A stretch of 64,000 nt of DNA from an uncultured Alphaproteobacteria bacterium (GTDB lineage Bacteria > Pseudomonadota > Alphaproteobacteria > Sphingomonadales > Sphingomonadaceae), in the NCBI GenBank assembly GCA_963815345.1, contig CAWFGF010000002.1, positions 484,169 to 548,168 of the forward strand. Direction: 5' to 3'. The notes under the pieces were generated by a model. That model saw only the letters and a list, made by a program, of their open reading frames with translations, searched no databases and was not told the DNA's origin. Positions 37,942 through 46,839 of this stretch are shown in pieces; within the stretch, counting starts at the first letter, position 1; the number at the start of each line of letters is the position of its first letter. Both the position numbers and the translations under genes were made by a program.

Positions 37942-38706
37942 TATCGAGACGGCAGCTATGCGCCCCAATCCCAGACATAGCCATCCGGAATTCTGTCTCC
38001 TGAAAGCGGACATTGTTCGTGGCCATTCCGGCCAAGGAGAAGGAAGATGACATATTCACAATAAGCAGACGTTCGTTCTAACTAGCACTGACCAGTGGGA
38101 TATTGTAGGTTGGGCCGATGTTCGAGAAGCTCACCTTTTCTGCACGATTCGTTTGGAAAGGGCTATTGCATCTGTTTCGAACGCGAGACTGCGAAAAGTG
38201 TAACTCGCGCGGAAAATGCGATGAATGCCAATGGTTAGACGAAAATCCTTGGTGACCTGCGATCTTTCGTCAGCGATACTTGCATTCAGCGCGAGCCTTT
38301 CATTCTAAGCGTAATATATTACGAGGAGCTTATCTGAACATTATTTGAATGACGAGCTGACTCGGACCAAAACGTATTTTAATTTTGATTAATATAGTTC
38401 GTATGGAAATTCTGGACATCAAGATTATTTCTTTTAGCCAAGTTTATCATTGCAAAGCGTATGGCGGCCTCATGTCCATCGGAAAGCTTGGCTTTGTAGA
38501 AAAGTATGCGATGCAGCCTTATCCGATCTGAAGCGCAAACTTATTAACCCTATCTTATGCAATAGGATTTAGCACGAGCGATGCTCTTCCAATGCCAGAG
38601 TTCGCCGGTCGAAAGCAATTAGACTGGTATTCGAGTAGTCACGTTGTAAGCAACGTTAGCAGATGTAACGGCTTAGGATAACGAGAAGTCTTACGCCGGA
38701 GGATGT

Positions 38707-39777
38707 ATGACGATGTCGACTGACGAGATAGCTGACGGGCGGTCGGATTGCACACCTAAGTCAGAGAAGATCACAGCAAAATCCGGTGAGCGCCAAATCG
38801 CAGTTGACCGAGCCAAGGGCTTAGGCATCGCTTTAGTCGTTTGGGGGCATTTGGCGACGGCCGCCACACCTGGGTTACCAACTTGGTTCTACATATCGGT
38901 CACTGCAATCTACTCTTTTCATATGCCGCTCTTTATGTATCTCAGTGGATTTGTGTTTTTCCTGAGCAATAGCGATAAGCGATTTTGGGATACTCCAGCA
39001 CTCTATGTGTGGAAACGGTTCGACCGGCTGATGATACCGTGTGTAATATTTGCAATAGTCGTCATACTGGGCAAATATTTTCTGATGACTAACAATCCTT
39101 TTGGTTCGATAAATTATTTTTCGGATGCGATAGGGTCTGAATTTTTACAGACTTTGGAAAATACGCCCGGCAATCCCGTTCTGTCAATTTGGTATCTTAT
39201 AGTTCTGTTCATTTATTCACTAATAACACCATTCTTGACGCAATTCGTCCCAAAGGCGATTTACCTATTATGTTTTATTGGGCTAGTGTTGTGGCTTTTT
39301 AATTTTACAGAAAAATACTATATTGAAAGAATAGCGCAATATTTTATATTTTTCGCGGTCGGTGGGCTTATCGCTATACACAAAGATCGGATTTTGCCAT
39401 TGCTATCTGCGTATTACATTCCGGCTTTTATCGTGTTTGCCAGTTTGTGCTATCTCACATTGGGTAATGATTTAGCGCTATTGATTGTTGGCTTGGCATC
39501 TCTTCCGGCATTTCACGGTTTGTTTCTTCAAGCCTTCTGGAGAAAGGATAAATTATTTCTGTTCTTAGGAAAGAATTCTATGGCAATTTATCTTATAAAT
39601 ACAATCGTGATTGGGTTAGGACAAATTTTATATACGCGCTATTTCCCATATACGGAGGGTTGGTTCTTCGTTTATTCGCCGATCCTGTTTCTGTTTGGAT
39701 TGCTGGTTCCAATCGCCGTGCGTTACGCGCTTTCCATTAATTCCCGCCTGCAACCTGTGAGGCGATACATCGACTAA
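38707..39777 (+). CDS. Acyltransferase family 3 membrane protein (O-acyltransferase of surface glycans)
   Basis: VDRAKGLGIALVVWGHL...SFHMPLFMYLSGFVF and about 10 TM helices. Distinctly AT-rich codon usage compared with the ICE backbone. Confidence 0.8.
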   Translation: MTMSTDEIADGRSDCTPKSEKITAKSGERQIAVDRAKGLGIALVVWGHLATAATPGLPTWFYISVTAIYSFHMPLFMYLSGFVFFLSNSDKRFWDTPALYVWKRFDRLMIPCVIFAIVVILGKYFLMTNNPFGSINYFSDAIGSEFLQTLENTPGNPVLSIWYLIVLFIYSLITPFLTQFVPKAIYLLCFIGLVLWLFNFTEKYYIERIAQYFIFFAVGGLIAIHKDRILPLLSAYYIPAFIVFASLCYLTLGNDLALLIVGLASLPAFHGLFLQAFWRKDKLFLFLGKNSMAIYLINTIVIGLGQILYTRYFPYTEGWFFVYSPILFLFGLLVPIAVRYALSINSRLQPVRRYID

Positions 39778-39831
39778 GCAAATGTGGACCATGCCGATCT
39801 TGATTGCCTCACGCAAAAATCGCAGCGCAGT

Positions 39832-41286
39832 ATGACACTTGTTTTAGCAATTATCATATTGGCCAGCGTGCCGCTGTTCATTGCATTGCTGAAGCAGCAG
39901 GAGCGGTATCGCTTGTGGGCATTTACAGGTGTTGCGCTGGTCCCGTTAATTCCGGATTTGCCGGTGACAGGCTTCCTGTATGGCTGGCCCGCTTGGCTCG
40001 GCACAGTGAAAGGATTTGCCATCTCTTTTGGCGATGCACTTGCCATCGCGCTGCTCCTGTCGCGCCGAAAATATCTCAAGAAGCTGCCTTTCTGGCCCTT
40101 GCTATTGTTTTACGCACTTAGCTTGTTCATTTCGATCTTTGCCAGCACCAACTTGACCGCAACAATGTTTGTCTGGTGGCAGTTTGCACGAATGCTTCTT
40201 CTTTTTGTCGTTATATCGGGCGAGGCACATATTCCCGAAATCCGCGATCGCCTGATGACTGGACTTGCTCTTGGCCTCATTTACCAGTCCGGCCATGTCA
40301 TTATGCAGAAAGCTTCGGGTGTCGTGCGCGCGGCTGGAACATTTAATAGCCCGAACATGATCGGTATGGTGATGGAGCTTTCGGTTCTGACTTTGATCGG
40401 CGCTATCCTTGCAGGCAGCAAGAATAAGCTACTGTATCCTGGCGCTGTGGCAGGCATGATTTGCGCCGCCGGGACTGGTTCAAGAGCGACCCTAGCTTTT
40501 GCCGGAGCAGCTATCTTTAGCGTGTTACTGACCTCTTTGATACGCCGGTTCACTGCGCGCAAATTTAAGATTGTTATGGCGGCTGTCTTAGGGCTTGCGG
40601 TCACCAGCCCTTTTGCAATCGGCACTCTCAACGATCGTTTTCAGGGTTCGACCATGACGGGCCCTGATGAAGTAAGATTGGCTTTCGAGGAAGCTGCGCG
40701 GTCTATGGCGGCCGACTATCCGATCGGGGTAGGCGCGAATATGTTTATATGGAACTCAATTCATGGAGATTACGCTTCACGTGCCGGGGTATCATGGCAA
40801 GCGCAGGATCGGTCCAAACCCGTCCACAATGCCTATCTGTTAGCGCGAGCCGAAACTGGTTGGCACGGTGAAGTTGCCCTAATCCTGATGCTTCTCATAC
40901 CCATGCTGACTGCGCTGAGAATGGCGTTCGCAAACCGACAAACATCCTCTGGAGAATTGGCACTTGGGTGTGCTTTTGGTTTGCTTGCCAATATCGTGCA
41001 TAATAATTGGGAGTTCGATCTTCATTCGGCAGGCGTGCAAATCATTCTATTTATCAATCTCGGAATCATCGCTGCATTATGGCGAGAGTCGAGAATGCCA
41101 AAGGCTGAGAATGCAAGCAATCAGCATGGGACACTAAACGAAATTGGCAGGCCTAAGCTTGCTGGCTTTATGATCCATTCTCGAAAACCAAAAGTTGACC
41201 CTAAACCCGAAAAGCTTGGAAGAGTAACTAGACAGGGTCGGGCGAAGATTGCCGACTTCATGCTACCAATCAAAAAATCGCGCTAG
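39832..41286 (+). CDS. O-antigen ligase/polymerase-family (Wzy_C-like) membrane protein
   Basis: Polytopic membrane protein with GTGSRATLAFAGAAIF, a large loop and a basic C-terminal tail. AT-rich. ATG 39832 is preferred over GTG 39784. Confidence 0.7.
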   Translation: MTLVLAIIILASVPLFIALLKQQERYRLWAFTGVALVPLIPDLPVTGFLYGWPAWLGTVKGFAISFGDALAIALLLSRRKYLKKLPFWPLLLFYALSLFISIFASTNLTATMFVWWQFARMLLLFVVISGEAHIPEIRDRLMTGLALGLIYQSGHVIMQKASGVVRAAGTFNSPNMIGMVMELSVLTLIGAILAGSKNKLLYPGAVAGMICAAGTGSRATLAFAGAAIFSVLLTSLIRRFTARKFKIVMAAVLGLAVTSPFAIGTLNDRFQGSTMTGPDEVRLAFEEAARSMAADYPIGVGANMFIWNSIHGDYASRAGVSWQAQDRSKPVHNAYLLARAETGWHGEVALILMLLIPMLTALRMAFANRQTSSGELALGCAFGLLANIVHNNWEFDLHSAGVQIILFINLGIIAALWRESRMPKAENASNQHGTLNEIGRPKLAGFMIHSRKPKVDPKPEKLGRVTRQGRAKIADFMLPIKKSR

Positions 41287-41373
41287 CGCTTGAGACTGGA
41301 AGCAAATCTAGGGTGCGGAAGGCTTTGATTGCGAAGTTAGTTTTGTTTAAACTCTGACGGCTTGGTCCTCGAC

Positions 41374-41655
41374 CTAGAGATCGATCATTTGTGGCCAGCC
41401 CTCTGAATCGACGACATCACCTTCGCTGTTCTGTCCATTCAAACAGCGTATCGCTTCGAAAATCGTCGATTTTCCAGTTCCGCGACCTCCGATGATGCAG
41501 TTGAGGTTCGCGCAGAAATTGATCCCTTGCCTGGCCAGAAATCCATCATCGAGAAATATGGCGCGCACAAGTAGCACCTTGGCCGGAATATCTTCGTCAA
41601 TGCTAACGCGCGCATCGGCATCCTGCAGAGCGAGACGAAGCGCTTCGAAGGTATA
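41374..41655 (-). pseudogene. Internal fragment of a P-loop ATPase gene (Walker A region only)
   Basis: Open frame between TAG (comp. 41656-58) and TAG (comp. 41374-76) reads YTFEALRLALQDADARVSIDEDIPAKVLLVRAIFLDDGFLARQGINFCANLNCIIGGRGTGKSTIFEAIRCL. It then stops 21 codons later, with no start codon and no Walker B. Confidence 0.55.
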
Positions 41656-41887
41656 CTACATGATCAAACGTCATCTCGAACATCCAAGTATCTAAGCGAT
41701 GTCGTTTAATCGATTAGGCTATCAGCAGTCTTAAATTATCCGACGAGGATCAACAGCTGATAACAACCACAGTTACAATACCAAATTTGGCTGATTTTCC
41801 TTTTAATGAGGCGGATGAATGTCAGCTTTTCTAAAACCGCGCCTAAAAGCGGTCAGTCCGCTCCCGGCCCAAATGCCGACATTTGAA

Positions 41888-42523
41888 TTATAGTGCCCTC
41901 CCAAACCAAATCACCCGTCCAACCACATGCACCTCAGATCGGTCCATGTCATTCCAGGTCGGGTAGGCTGGATTGTCGCTGGCAATGGTGATCTGTTTCC
42001 CGCCAGGTCTGATCGCAACACGCTTAACGACCAGCGCATTGTCCGCGCGCAGTACGTATATGCCGTCACGCAAGCGCGACGCGTGGTCTGACGCATCGAC
42101 CAATACTTCGTCTCCATCGCTGAGTGTTGGTTCCATGGAATCTCCTGTGACAAGGACAATTGAAAGGCTAGCACTTTTTGCCGAGGTGAGGCTGCGGAGC
42201 CAACGCTCATCGAACCCGAAACGCGTTTGCGCGTTTTCACTGGCTGCCACTGCTCCAAACCCTGCCGAAGCCTCGACATCGAGGATTGGAATTTCAACCA
42301 TCCCGTCAAATACCGGGTTAGCCGTACCGCCAAGAACCTGCTCATCAACGCCGAAGAAGCTGGCAAGCGTTTTTCTGTCTTCGTCATCAAGCTTGCGGGG
42401 AGAACCACGCTTAATAAATTGCTGGATGTAGCTGGGATTGCGACCAAGCAGCCGCGAGATCGAGGCGTAACCATAATTGCGCTTCAGGATCAGCCGGTCG
42501 AGCTCTTCCCTGACATTCTCCAT
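41888..42523 (-). CDS. CI/LexA-like repressor (HTH + S24 peptidase domain)
   Basis: N-terminal HTH ASISRLLGRNPSYIQQFIKRG. Self-cleavage domain VTGDSMEPTLSDGDEVLVD...LVVKRV (Ser-Lys dyad). Confidence 0.85.
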   Translation of the reverse strand: MENVREELDRLILKRNYGYASISRLLGRNPSYIQQFIKRGSPRKLDDEDRKTLASFFGVDEQVLGGTANPVFDGMVEIPILDVEASAGFGAVAASENAQTRFGFDERWLRSLTSAKSASLSIVLVTGDSMEPTLSDGDEVLVDASDHASRLRDGIYVLRADNALVVKRVAIRPGGKQITIASDNPAYPTWNDMDRSEVHVVGRVIWFGRAL

Positions 42524-42556
42524 TCCAAAGCTCCTTCGTCATATTCAATCGCCGTG

Positions 42557-42638
42557 TAGGAATTTTCCTAGACTCGCGGAAATCTTCCTACTAAGAACAT
42601 AACAAGAACACAAGCGAACTACGAGTCGAGGTTAGGAA
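42557..42638. promoter_or_regulatory. Divergent promoter/operator region with TAGGAA half-sites
   Basis: TAGGAA-tt-TTCCTA (42557-70); GGAA-atc-TTCCTA (42578-90); TAGGAA (42633-38) 2 nt before the ATG at 42641. Confidence 0.45.
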
Positions 42639-42640
42639 GA

Positions 42641-42961
42641 ATGACGTTACTGGATCGGATCGAGAAACATTTGAAAGATCACCATATTTCCGCGACGCGG
42701 TTTGGCCGCCGCGCGGCTGGTGACCCGCGCTTCGTGCTCGATCTCAGAATGGGAAGGCGCCCAAGACGCCGTACCGTTGAGCGGCTGGATGCCTATTTAA
42801 ATCAGTTTGACAGCGATGATGTCGATCTGCCTTGCACTACGAAGATTGGTGGTGGCATTGGTCGACCAGCAACTGCTTGTATCGCTGCGCCACATCCTGC
42901 AAAATTTCTATGCCGTCCTTCTCGCCATCCAAAGCGAGACGACCTATCTACTCGGCGATGA
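42641..42961 (+). CDS. Cro-like small DNA-binding protein; the C-terminal half of the ORF is probably a non-coding extension
   Basis: Divergent from the S24 repressor. The N-terminal 55 aa, MTLLDRIEKHLKDHHISATRFGRRAAGDPRFVLDLRMGRRPRRRTVERLDAYL, look like a small HTH protein. The tail is low-complexity and overlaps an antisense ORF. Confidence 0.45.
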   Translation: MTLLDRIEKHLKDHHISATRFGRRAAGDPRFVLDLRMGRRPRRRTVERLDAYLNQFDSDDVDLPCTTKIGGGIGRPATACIAAPHPAKFLCRPSRHPKRDDLSTRR

Positions 42962-43040
42962 ATTCCGGTCCGCGCGTTCCATGGGTCTTCTCGACCCAGA
43001 CGGCCATGCCCCACAGTTCTTGATCGCGGGTTAGCGTCAC
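42837..43040 (-). pseudogene. Small conserved-looking ORF interrupted by an in-frame TAG
   Basis: From GTG (comp. 43040): MTLTRDQELWGMAVWVEKTHGTRGPEFIAE-TAG(comp. 42948-50)-IGRLALDGEKDGIEILQDVAQRYKQLLV. Both halves read like one helical protein. Confidence 0.3.
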
Positions 43041-43167
43041 AGCACGCCGCGGATCGCAGCGATGGCTAAAGCAATCATACACACGCCAAGCACGTATGCC
43101 TCAAGGCGCAGTTTCCATGAATTGGCATAGTCGTGCCGCTATTCTTTGTCGGTCCGCCAATCTTGCA

Positions 43168-43719
43168 TCAGCACCACGGCTCCCGCCGCCCGGTCCAGGT
43201 CCTGGCAAGGCCTTCGGCCACGAGCTGGTCACCAAGCGAGCGACCACCGCGCACAATTACCCGCAATTTGCGCCCGTATTGGTCCGCGTCACGGTTTCCG
43301 ATTGTTTCAAGCGTGAATTCACCTTCGTTGAGCAACACCACCAAGCGGTCGCGCGCGCTGATTCCGAGATCGTATTCGGCATCACATTTGGGAGAGGAAA
43401 TTTCGGGTGTATCGATATCGGCGATGCGGATTTTCACGCTATCGAGCCAAATTGTATCGCCATCTACCACACAGGTCTTGCGGATCATTCCGCAGACCGC
43501 GAAATGCGGTGTGTCTCGAGCCTCTGCAGAGGACGCGATAGTCGGCCAATTGATGCCAATAGCACTGCCGATCACGTCAGCGAGCAAGCCGCCGCCAGCC
43601 ATCATCAGAGCAGAACGTCGGCGGCTATTTTTCTGGTGCCGCGCGACATCGGGAAAATGGGCGATATTCGATTTGGTTCTCGCATCGCTCTGCCCGAACA
43701 ACCGGCTTAAAATCCTCAT
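43168..43719 (-). CDS. Thermonuclease (SNase)-family protein with an N-terminal hydrophobic segment
   Basis: CVVDGDTIWLDSVKIRIADIDTPE...NRDADQYGRKLRVIV matches staphylococcal-nuclease motifs. The N-terminal ALMMAGGGLLADVIGSAIGI is TM/signal-like. Confidence 0.8.
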   Translation of the reverse strand: MRILSRLFGQSDARTKSNIAHFPDVARHQKNSRRRSALMMAGGGLLADVIGSAIGINWPTIASSAEARDTPHFAVCGMIRKTCVVDGDTIWLDSVKIRIADIDTPEISSPKCDAEYDLGISARDRLVVLLNEGEFTLETIGNRDADQYGRKLRVIVRGGRSLGDQLVAEGLARTWTGRREPWC

Positions 43720-43914
43720 GCTGGTGTCCGTTGTAGGATGAGCGGAATATTGGAAGTGTAGCGCCCTGTCATTAACTTAGTCTTGCACCCAAAAAGGGGT
43801 TTGCCAAGATAAGCGGCATCGCTCTTGCGCAGAATTTCTGTTATGTTCGCGCAAGTTTGCCCAGTCCATTTAAGAGTTGAGGGAGCTTTGAGGGATGTGG
43901 AAAGGAGACAGCCA

Positions 43915-44124
43915 ATGAATGATCCCAAACCTACCCGACGCCGCGATGGCGAGGACTGGCAGGGTTTTCGTGAAGTTGATCGCGCGATCGCTGAAAACCG
44001 GGTTTCAGAGTATCGCTGGAAGAAGGCATGGGCTGACCCATGGGAACGCCGTGCCTTGATCGCCACAGTCATACTAATTGCAGCATTCATAATCTATGTC
44101 GCAATTTACGATGGTGTGCTCTAG
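43915..44124 (+). CDS. Small membrane protein (69 aa)
   Basis: AGGAGA lies before ATG 43915. C-terminal TM helix LIATVILIAAFIIYVAIY. Confidence 0.35.
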   Translation: MNDPKPTRRRDGEDWQGFREVDRAIAENRVSEYRWKKAWADPWERRALIATVILIAAFIIYVAIYDGVL

Positions 44125-44125
44125 C

Positions 44126-46828
44126 TCACCATTCTTTGACGTCGTCGGCAGCTTCGTCTGACGCACCCCTCGCATCCTTGGTTCGCCGGTCGAGGAAGGA
44201 TTTGACATTACCGACGCGCGATCCGCCTTGACCCTGCACGCGGCTCACTTCTCCGCTAATATCCTCGCGTTCCGATGACAATGGCGATAAGTTGCCCTCA
44301 GAACTTCCGAGCCTGACCGAGCCGCGCACCTCGCTGGCACTTCCTATAGCGGGTCGCTGCACCGCCGGGGCATCGGGCAAAACGAGATCGCTGGAAATTT
44401 CGTCATGAAGGCGATCGGCATAGGATTCGACGAAGCGTGCCTGAAGCTGCTGGCCACCCGAACTCATCTGGAAATCTATGTCATCGAAGCGCGCTGAACC
44501 GTAATAGTCGCGGTTGCCCTCAATCTCGGCCATCCCCCACTCGCGGTAGGACTGGCTGAGATTCAAAGCCCCGGCCGCATTATTCCCTTCGTACCAGCTG
44601 GCCTGGTTCTCGAGCCGGCTGGCCAGTTCTTCCGAGCGGCGAGCCTCAACCGTATAGCTCTGAGCTTCAGTGAGCGAGGTCGTCAGGCCGGCAGCGCTGC
44701 TTGATACTTGCGCTTCGGAGCTTGAACTCGTCTCGCGCAAGAATCCTTCGCGCGTGCTAGACCAGTTCCGGCTATCGGAAAGCTGGCGGAGCGAACCGAG
44801 AATTCGCGAGCGGTCTTCCGATGCAATTCCGATATCGCTGTCGGTCCAGCTCTGGTTTCGGCCTCCCTTTATCCCGGCGCTTCCGTTGAAAATTCGCCCA
44901 TCGGCCTTCGCGCCTGCGCCAGCTTCACCATTTAGGAACCACGAGACCGTGATGTCGTCTGAAGCCCTACGAGACAGGCCGAATTGCTGTTGGAGGCCGC
45001 GCGAGGCATTGTCGACTTCGCTGAACGCCGTTCCGATACTATCGCTTGTGCCAGTCCCGCTAACGGTTTCGTTCGACCGCGAGCGGCTATAGCTATCCCT
45101 GATCTCGCTGAAACGCGTCACCGCCGAACTCGTCGATTGCTGGGCGAGGTTCGAATAGGTCTCGCTCTGCCCGCGGCTCTGGCTCGCCATGGTCGACATG
45201 CGGCTGGTGAAATCCTGGCCCAGCGTGGGCGTGAATGGATAGCTTGAGGTCGGCACGCTCGCAAACTCTGCATCTGCAAAACTGGTTGTCTGCGTTCCGC
45301 TGGAGGAGATGCCCCGTGTCTGCGCCGCCCCATAGCCAATATTGGGCGCTAGGTTGGCCTGTGCAAATTGCTTTGAGAAAATTGTCGAGTTGTCGAGACT
45401 GGAATTGCCGAGCGAGACATTGCCGGTGCTTGCCTCGCGCGCCGCTTCCTCCGCCGCATTCTGGCTGGGATTGAGGTAGGAGGTTGCCTGGCCGGAAATC
45501 GCCATCGCGCCTCTCGCGACGCCGCCTGCAAGAAACGGTATCGAAGCAACGAGATATCCAGCGAGTATACCGATGTCATTGTTGACGTCGCTCATTCCGG
45601 TGAAGCTTGCAAGGCTTAGTCCGCTGGTGCCCCCGGCGGCCGCAACATCGCTCGCGCCTTTGAACATCAAGATCATGTGGAGGATTACGAAGAGTGGTCC
45701 CCATGCCGCCAGGTAGAAGAAGCCCGTGACATAGCCGCGCAAGGCAATGGGTCCGGTTTTGGGCATCAAAAACAGCGGGAATAGCACCGGGAACAGCGCG
45801 TAGAACACGACCGTCAGCACGACATTGAGGATCGGGACCCATTTCATTGCATTCTGGGCGATCGAGGAATAAGTTCGCTCGGTCTGAATGTCGGCCCGTG
45901 TCTGGGCAAAAACATCGATGCTGGACGTCCCACTTGCGCCCGCAAAGCCGTGCATCGCCTGGTTCATGGCGTTGATCGTCAGAACTTGGCGAAAGATGTC
46001 GCTGGCGTTTTTGGAAACGCCTGAGAGATATTGATAGGCAATCGGCAAATCAGCCATCAGTTTGGCCTTGGCGAGAGCCTCGGTCTGGCGCGGATAGAGC
46101 TGGCGCCCGGTCTTGAGTGTCATATCATCGATCAAGCCCGACCACTGACCTGCAAGCGCAGTGTAGGCCTCGCGGCAGGTCAGAATCGAGGCGGTGACGC
46201 TGTCATCAGCCTGCCGGGTGATGAATTTCTGCGCACGCGCTGCGCTCCCTGGAGCGATGGTTGCCCAGATATCGTCGCTCTCGGACAGCTCCTTCATCGA
46301 ATAGCGGCCGAGCAGCAGATCGTAGAACACGCATTGGCGGACATGTTCGTCATAATTGGCAGCGAACTCGGGATCGGAAATCCGCAAGGACCGGGTCGCA
46401 TCGAGCAGGCGCGCGCCGTAGATCATCCCGTTCTTCGAGTAATTGAGGTCGTCGGGTAGCCCGAATACCACCTCTGCCGAACGGGTGAGGTAATCGCCAG
46501 CCTGACTGGTGAAGCTTGCCATCAGGGCAAGGCCCAGCGGGACGTTCGCAACCGTCGCCGGGGCAAGGCCCGGATTGACGCGGTCGGTGACTTGCACATC
46601 CATGCGCGGAACCATCAGACACATGTAGATGAGCGTCGCGCCCAGAAACCAGTTGAGCCAGGCGCGCCAGTCCTGATTGAACGCCAGCACGATAACCGCG
46701 AGCGCAAGTCCCATGACCATCGTCACCTGAATCAGGCTCTCGTAGCCGCCCGCTCCTGTCCAGGCGGCCACGGCATTGAGGACATTGACGATATATTCGC
46801 CGCCGCCGACCGTGAAAATCTCGACCAT
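44126..46828 (-). CDS. traG: F-type T4SS mating-pair stabilisation protein TraG
   Basis: 900 aa. The polytopic N-terminal domain MVEIFTVGGGEYIVNVLNAVAAWTG is typical of TraG_N. Last gene of the T4SS operon. Confidence 0.9.
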   Translation of the reverse strand: MVEIFTVGGGEYIVNVLNAVAAWTGAGGYESLIQVTMVMGLALAVIVLAFNQDWRAWLNWFLGATLIYMCLMVPRMDVQVTDRVNPGLAPATVANVPLGLALMASFTSQAGDYLTRSAEVVFGLPDDLNYSKNGMIYGARLLDATRSLRISDPEFAANYDEHVRQCVFYDLLLGRYSMKELSESDDIWATIAPGSAARAQKFITRQADDSVTASILTCREAYTALAGQWSGLIDDMTLKTGRQLYPRQTEALAKAKLMADLPIAYQYLSGVSKNASDIFRQVLTINAMNQAMHGFAGASGTSSIDVFAQTRADIQTERTYSSIAQNAMKWVPILNVVLTVVFYALFPVLFPLFLMPKTGPIALRGYVTGFFYLAAWGPLFVILHMILMFKGASDVAAAGGTSGLSLASFTGMSDVNNDIGILAGYLVASIPFLAGGVARGAMAISGQATSYLNPSQNAAEEAAREASTGNVSLGNSSLDNSTIFSKQFAQANLAPNIGYGAAQTRGISSSGTQTTSFADAEFASVPTSSYPFTPTLGQDFTSRMSTMASQSRGQSETYSNLAQQSTSSAVTRFSEIRDSYSRSRSNETVSGTGTSDSIGTAFSEVDNASRGLQQQFGLSRRASDDITVSWFLNGEAGAGAKADGRIFNGSAGIKGGRNQSWTDSDIGIASEDRSRILGSLRQLSDSRNWSSTREGFLRETSSSSEAQVSSSAAGLTTSLTEAQSYTVEARRSEELASRLENQASWYEGNNAAGALNLSQSYREWGMAEIEGNRDYYGSARFDDIDFQMSSGGQQLQARFVESYADRLHDEISSDLVLPDAPAVQRPAIGSASEVRGSVRLGSSEGNLSPLSSEREDISGEVSRVQGQGGSRVGNVKSFLDRRTKDARGASDEAADDVKEW

Positions 46829-46839
46829 CGCGCTCTCTC

